A DNA stretch of 64,000 bases from Escherichia phage vB_EcoM_G5211. Under the pieces are notes generated by a model. The model ran no database searches and was not told the origin of the DNA. It saw only the letters and a program-made list of their open reading frames with translations. Positions 59,551 to 64,000 of this stretch are shown piece after piece. The position numbers and the translations under genes were made by a program. Numbering within the stretch: the first letter of the stretch is position 1; each line of letters starts with the position of its first letter. The DNA lies in sequence record MK327947.1, one strand, 5' to 3'.

Positions 59551-59718
59551 TTATTTGTTAATTTCTGGTGCGTTGCTTGGATAGTAACCTTCTTTAACAC
59601 CCAGATATTTTGCAACCATTCCGGTGATCTTCTGTGCTACTACGATATCGAATTTCAGGTAGTCTTCACCGTGTTTTGCTACAATGTATGCTTCGCATTC
59701 TGCTTTAGTCTGGAACAT
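59551..59718 (-). CDS. Small protein (55 aa), paralog of 56285-56452
   Basis: MFQTKAECEAYIVAKHGEDYLKFDIVVAQK...; own promoter. Confidence 0.55.
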   Translation of the reverse strand: MFQTKAECEAYIVAKHGEDYLKFDIVVAQKITGMVAKYLGVKEGYYPSNAPEINK

Positions 59719-59752
59719 TTTTGATTCTCCTATATCTCGTTGGTATGTGTGT

Positions 59753-59782
59753 ATTATAGGGGATCTCCCGATCCCCTGTCAA
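59753..59782 (-). promoter_or_regulatory. Early promoter cassette (TTGACA, 18 nt, TATAAT) with GATC palindrome
   Basis: Spacer ggggatctcccgatcccc, identical to the 56492-56508 spacer core. Confidence 0.65.
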
Positions 59783-59795
59783 CAACTTTTTTGAA

Positions 59796-60272
59796 TTATT
59801 TTTCTTGATGCTCGCGCTCGTACTTTTCGAAATAAAATTCTACTGGCTGGTCATGAATTGACAGCAAGCCAAAGCGTTTAGCCGCTCGCAATCCCATATT
59901 GCGCTGAATGTACTTCTGGAAGTTCTCGCGTATACACTTACGCCAGTATTCTAAGCCCATACAGCTTTTATAAAGATTGCATTGTACACACGCCGGATTC
60001 ATGTTATCAAGTATATCATGTTCCGGTTTATGCATTCCTACAACCTTATACTTCCACGACCCATCATCATTACGGGCAATTCGTCCATTTTCATCATAGA
60101 CTACCTTTGAGCGTCGCAATACTGGTTTGATATGGTCTGCGTGCCAGCGATCCCCTAGTTCCTCGCCACAATAGGCACAACGCCCACCGTATTTCATTTT
60201 CAGGATCTGGCGTTGCTCTTTCTTTGACAATTTTTTAGGTTTAGGGGCTTTCGCCCCTTCATTATCACACAT
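59796..60272 (-). CDS. HNH endonuclease (possible homing endonuclease)
   Basis: CAYCGE...HADHIKPV...N...CVQCN: Cys pair-HNH-Cys pair architecture; 158 aa; overlaps ligase stop. Confidence 0.7.
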   Translation of the reverse strand: MCDNEGAKAPKPKKLSKKEQRQILKMKYGGRCAYCGEELGDRWHADHIKPVLRRSKVVYDENGRIARNDDGSWKYKVVGMHKPEHDILDNMNPACVQCNLYKSCMGLEYWRKCIRENFQKYIQRNMGLRAAKRFGLLSIHDQPVEFYFEKYEREHQEK

Positions 60273-61767
60273 CGAATACCTCTTTTACTGTATTTGCCGT
60301 GGTCTTGTCGTAGCGAATACGTTTGATGATTGGGAGAAATAAAGAGAACTCCGGTTCATCTTCTTTACGTGATTTGCTGCGGATATACCCGTTGCATGTC
60401 ATCTCAATGACTTTTCCAATCAGGTTATGACGGTCAGCCCATAACATTTCTCGGTCGAGTTCATTTCGACGATCGAACGGAATTACACGTTCGATACCAT
60501 CATCACCTTTTTCGGTTGTGGTGTCGGTTAATCCCGATCCGGTGTTAGTCATCATTCGTCCGCACGCACTACGGACAGTAAAACCGCCTACCTTATTGGG
60601 GTCTTTACTATGCGGATATACATCAACAATTTCCGCGTCGAAGTCAATAACTTCTTTAAATTTAACCTGATCTTTACTGCGACGATCTTCAAATACACCA
60701 TGTAAATTTTTAAGGATAATACCTTCTAAGCCCATGTTTACATAGCGATGATATACTTCGCGAGCTTCATCGATATTGTTAACTACAGTGTTTTCGATTA
60801 TCTGAACACGAGGATCGTTAAGTTCTTCAACAATCTGTTTTAGTTCTTCGAATCGATCTTTATATTGCTTCGTTGCTTTCTCGTTTCCGTAATACACATC
60901 ACGGTCGATAACATCCCAGACAGTGTAAACAATACATTGGGCTTCTTCTTTTGGAATAGTTCCTTTCAGTGATTTGTTGAGGATACCATTTCCGGTCTGA
61001 CGATCTGCAACAACGGATTCTTTCACTGCTTCCGCTACTGGCGTTAATGGCATTTCATCTTCTTCAAATATCCATGACAGAGTACCATCATAAACGCTCT
61101 CAACGAAGTTCTGCGCTGGTGTTTGCGAAAGGGTAGGCATATATACCAATTCGCCATCTAGAACAATTCCACGGCCTCGTAGACGCTCTAAAACCACAAA
61201 CAAATCATCAAGCCCTTGATAGGTATTACCTGAACGGGTATAGATTGCTAATGTTTCCCCGTCAATATCAGCCATCCCACGAGCGCCATCGCTTTTAAGT
61301 TGTGCATACGCCGGATATTTGATATTGGCAATGGTCTTATCAGAACATGACGATGCAAGGTGGCACGGCTGCTGAGGAATCAGTTTCTTCCATACCTTGT
61401 TTGCGGTGGTAGCGGAACAACCGCATTCTAGGTCTCGATTCAGGACCATCATTGCAACTTTAGCATCGTCTTCCGACAAGCAAGTCAGAGTATCGGTAAC
61501 TAGCTGTAATGCTGCATTACCAGTTATTTGACGCGTGGCAAGTTTATTTTTAAAGACCTGTAATGCGCCAGATAAAGACAATACAGATGAATAACGCGAC
61601 GGTTTATCGTATTTCTTTACGCCAAACGTAACCTGTTTGCAATATGCCAGATAAAAGCATTCTTTCAGCGTTTCATTGCTTGCAGATTCTTTCAGGATCT
61701 TTTCTTTCAGCGATGTTTTGTCTGTTGCTGCAAGCTGATTAATGATATTAAGAATTGACATTTTCAC
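60265..61767 (-). CDS. 30: ATP-dependent DNA ligase
   Basis: 500 aa; adenylation motif AQLKSDGARG; LATRQITGNAA and DLECG segments parallel T4 ligase. Confidence 0.9.
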   Translation of the reverse strand: MKMSILNIINQLAATDKTSLKEKILKESASNETLKECFYLAYCKQVTFGVKKYDKPSRYSSVLSLSGALQVFKNKLATRQITGNAALQLVTDTLTCLSEDDAKVAMMVLNRDLECGCSATTANKVWKKLIPQQPCHLASSCSDKTIANIKYPAYAQLKSDGARGMADIDGETLAIYTRSGNTYQGLDDLFVVLERLRGRGIVLDGELVYMPTLSQTPAQNFVESVYDGTLSWIFEEDEMPLTPVAEAVKESVVADRQTGNGILNKSLKGTIPKEEAQCIVYTVWDVIDRDVYYGNEKATKQYKDRFEELKQIVEELNDPRVQIIENTVVNNIDEAREVYHRYVNMGLEGIILKNLHGVFEDRRSKDQVKFKEVIDFDAEIVDVYPHSKDPNKVGGFTVRSACGRMMTNTGSGLTDTTTEKGDDGIERVIPFDRRNELDREMLWADRHNLIGKVIEMTCNGYIRSKSRKEDEPEFSLFLPIIKRIRYDKTTANTVKEVFDV

Positions 61768-62227
61768 CTCGTTTTGTTAAACGTTCACGAATATCATTGA
61801 GGATACTACAAAATTCCGATTCAGTCAATATAGTCTTTAACGGATCAGTTCCACCTATGCTATGACGTAATTTCTTATTTCCGGTAGCGAGTAATGCTTT
61901 ACAAAATTCTGGGTTATTCCGTGCCATCGTAACAAATGCCAGATGTACCAGTCTGTAATAATGCTCACTCATTCGATGAATAGGGCGACCCTGAAAATAT
62001 AACATGTGATTCTCAATCTTTTCAGTTCTTCCGGTTCTTTTTGCTTTGCCACCGTGCATCAAAAAGATTTCTCTTTGTCTCTGAGGGTTCTTAAATCTTA
62101 GCCCCTGTAAAAATCCTTCTGTGCTGTTAATATCGCAACCAAATAGACGGAATGGTCTTTTATTGAAATTGCTCAATTCACCCGATGGATAAGGTCCACC
62201 CGCATAGATATCAATTTCAGAAGTCAT
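61748..62227 (-). CDS. NADAR (YbiA-like) domain protein
   Basis: GGPYPSGELSNF...STEGFLQ...F and LLATGNKKL resemble YbiA/NADAR core; 159 aa. Confidence 0.5.
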   Translation of the reverse strand: MTSEIDIYAGGPYPSGELSNFNKRPFRLFGCDINSTEGFLQGLRFKNPQRQREIFLMHGGKAKRTGRTEKIENHMLYFQGRPIHRMSEHYYRLVHLAFVTMARNNPEFCKALLATGNKKLRHSIGGTDPLKTILTESEFCSILNDIRERLTKRGENVNS

Positions 62228-62381
62228 TGAAACTAATCTCGCTAATCAGAGAGAACGGATCATAATCGTCATTAGGAATATCGATAGTAATCGAATGAGG
62301 ATTTACCCATACACCAAACTGGCCTTCTTCGGTGAATACTTCGGTATGGATTTCGTGGATGTTTACATTCATAGTTTTCAT
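62217..62381 (-). CDS. Small hypothetical protein (54 aa from ATG 62381)
   Basis: ATG with RBS aagga; longer ORF starts with TTG. Confidence 0.35.
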   Translation of the reverse strand: MKTMNVNIHEIHTEVFTEEGQFGVWVNPHSITIDIPNDDYDPFSLISEISFNDF

Positions 62382-62419
62382 AATAAATTCCTTAATAATC
62401 AATAACTTACAAAATCATA

Positions 62420-62451
62420 TAGCCAAAATATAGGCGGGATTATTTCCCGCC
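62420..62451 (-). terminator. Rho-independent terminator after gene 31 (minus strand)
   Basis: Hairpin ggcggga-ttatt-tcccgcc followed (on minus strand) by T-rich tract. Confidence 0.55.
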
Positions 62452-62462
62452 GTTTAAAATCA

Positions 62463-62786
62463 TTAACCGTAAACTACCACAATATTCTGTTTGTGTGTTA
62501 CAGTCCATTTCAGGTCGATCTCTTCTTCCTTCTTAACGCCATTAATAACGTCTGGATGAGGAACTTTATTCATCTTGCCATGTGGCAGTAAAACAGTTTT
62601 ACCCAGCAATTCTTTATCTACCGTTTCACCAATATCAATAATCTTACCTACCAGCGGAATCTCACCCATAGTGCGCTTTTGCTCAATAATGATCCCCATA
62701 GAGCTTTTTACTTCGGTCCCTGCGCTTTCTGCTTTAGCTTCGATAATTACATAATCACCAAGTGCTTTAGGAGTTTTAACGGTCAT
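62463..62786 (-). CDS. 31: gp31 GroES-like co-chaperonin
   Basis: 107 aa (T4 gp31 111 aa); GDYVII start and mobile-loop-like region; position between gene 30 region and cd. Confidence 0.8.
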   Translation of the reverse strand: MTVKTPKALGDYVIIEAKAESAGTEVKSSMGIIIEQKRTMGEIPLVGKIIDIGETVDKELLGKTVLLPHGKMNKVPHPDVINGVKKEEEIDLKWTVTHKQNIVVVYG

Positions 62787-62827
62787 AATTTTATTACCTC
62801 TTCAAATCAATACAGTTTAATGATGAA

Positions 62828-63148
62828 TTATTTATAAATTTCGACGATCTGCTCTGTAGTCAGCCCGTCTACATTAATCAGACTATCAAGCCCAAAACTA
62901 CGGAAACCTTCAACTGCAATTTCATATACTGGCAAAGATGTTTCTGATTCTTTACGCGGTTTTTCAACATTCGGAACTAACCACTTTTCGTATGTTTCAA
63001 ACGGCATCAGTGCCGGATCTCGCGTGGCGATCATCTCACAGACAGTACCATCTTTCTTAGTAAACTGCAAAGAGTGAGTACCGACCGAAAACATTTTCTT
63101 TAGTGCTTCACGAAGTGCGATATTATCAACTTGTTCAGTCATTATCAA
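62828..63148 (-). CDS. Hypothetical protein (106 aa)
   Basis: ORF between cd and gene 31, as T4 31.1/31.2 region. Confidence 0.45.
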   Translation of the reverse strand: MIMTEQVDNIALREALKKMFSVGTHSLQFTKKDGTVCEMIATRDPALMPFETYEKWLVPNVEKPRKESETSLPVYEIAVEGFRSFGLDSLINVDGLTTEQIVEIYK

Positions 63149-63641
63149 TACCCTTCAAATCAGTCAATAATGCTTTTGGAATACGCGTGATCGTAATATC
63201 TGCATTATTCAGAATATCAGCCCAATCACGCCCACCATTTCGATCATATGTGTCGCAATAGTATAGATGTTTAATACCACTGTTTGCAATTGCTTTAGCG
63301 CAATCTGGACACGGTGAAGCAGTACACCACATACTAGCGCCTTCAATCGATACACCGCTACGGGCAGCAAACAAAATAGCATTTAATTCAGCATGGATCT
63401 CGTTTTTCTGTGACCATGCACTATGCTCTGGTCGTTTTTCTGGGATCATTTTGCCGTCATCATCCAGCCAACCGTTTTTATGTGCATGACAGCTACAATT
63501 TACTTGCCCTGCTGGAGTTCCGTTAAATCCAGTAGAAATGATTCGCCCGTCTTTTTCGATCAGTGCGCCTACCTTCCACGAAACACATTTAGAGTTCTTT
63601 GCGATCAGATAGGCGATCTGCATGTAAGTTTGTGACAACAT
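63135..63641 (-). CDS. cd: dCMP deaminase
   Basis: Zinc-binding deaminase motifs HAELNAI and PCPDCA; 168 aa. Confidence 0.85.
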   Translation of the reverse strand: MLSQTYMQIAYLIAKNSKCVSWKVGALIEKDGRIISTGFNGTPAGQVNCSCHAHKNGWLDDDGKMIPEKRPEHSAWSQKNEIHAELNAILFAARSGVSIEGASMWCTASPCPDCAKAIANSGIKHLYYCDTYDRNGGRDWADILNNADITITRIPKALLTDLKGIDND

Positions 63642-63662
63642 AATATAATCCTCACATAGTAA

Positions 63663-63865
63663 TTAACCGTATACGCGAAAGTATTCTACTGATCCGTCGC
63701 TATACTGTTTTACATTGAATGTATTCACACCATGATTATTTCTCATGATGACATATACACTGCGACGTTCATCGCTAAACGGCATAACTGGCGCTGGTTC
63801 AATATCAACACTAAAACCACGTTTAGCAAGTGCTTCGCCTAATTGCTTGAGTTTATCGGTAAACA

Positions 63866-63866
<1 letters not shown>
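63663..63866 (-). CDS. Hypothetical protein (67 aa)
   Basis: ORF with RBS ggagaa; start overlaps upstream stop (TAATG). Confidence 0.4.

Positions 63867-64000
<134 letters not shown>

Noticed and set aside
53800-59800. Possible CRISPR array suggested by regularly recurring ~70 bp near-identical units
   Set aside because: The units are separated by protein-coding ORFs of variable length (170-1600 bp), contain -35/-10 hexamers and RBS, and are oriented as promoters; no short direct repeats with uniform spacers.

Overview
This window is a contiguous ~64 kb segment of a T4-like (Tevenvirinae-type) myovirus genome. It is colinear with phage T4 from genes 2/4/53 through the baseplate (5-12), wac, neck (13-15), terminase (16, 17), tail sheath and tube (18, 19), portal and head genes (20, 67, 68, 21-24), hoc, uvsW/uvsY, baseplate hub (25, 26, 51, 27-29, 48, 54), alt, DNA ligase (30), gp31 and dCMP deaminase. 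Calls rest on ORF size and order plus motifs read directly from the translations; no database search or alignment was run. The most interesting departures from the T4 backbone are: (i) a ~6.2 kb hyperplastic region between alt and gene 30 holding about 20 small minus-strand genes, nine near-identical early-promoter cassettes, several paralog families, and a translationally coupled trio (C5-cytosine-MTase-like, zinc-ribbon, DUF262/ParB-like protein) that is my best candidate for an undescribed system; (ii) a three-gene cassette with its own sigma70-type promoter and terminator inserted between baseplate genes 8 and 9, ending in a gamma-class amino-methyltransferase-like protein; (iii) a short Alt-like ADP-ribosyltransferase plus a lipoprotein between gene 54 and alt, and a NADAR-like protein next to the ligase; (iv) a DprA/SLOG-like protein where T4 carries rnlB; (v) four homing-endonuclease-like genes inserted between conserved genes. 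No rRNA, tRNA or CRISPR array was found. Regulatory coordinates are approximate.
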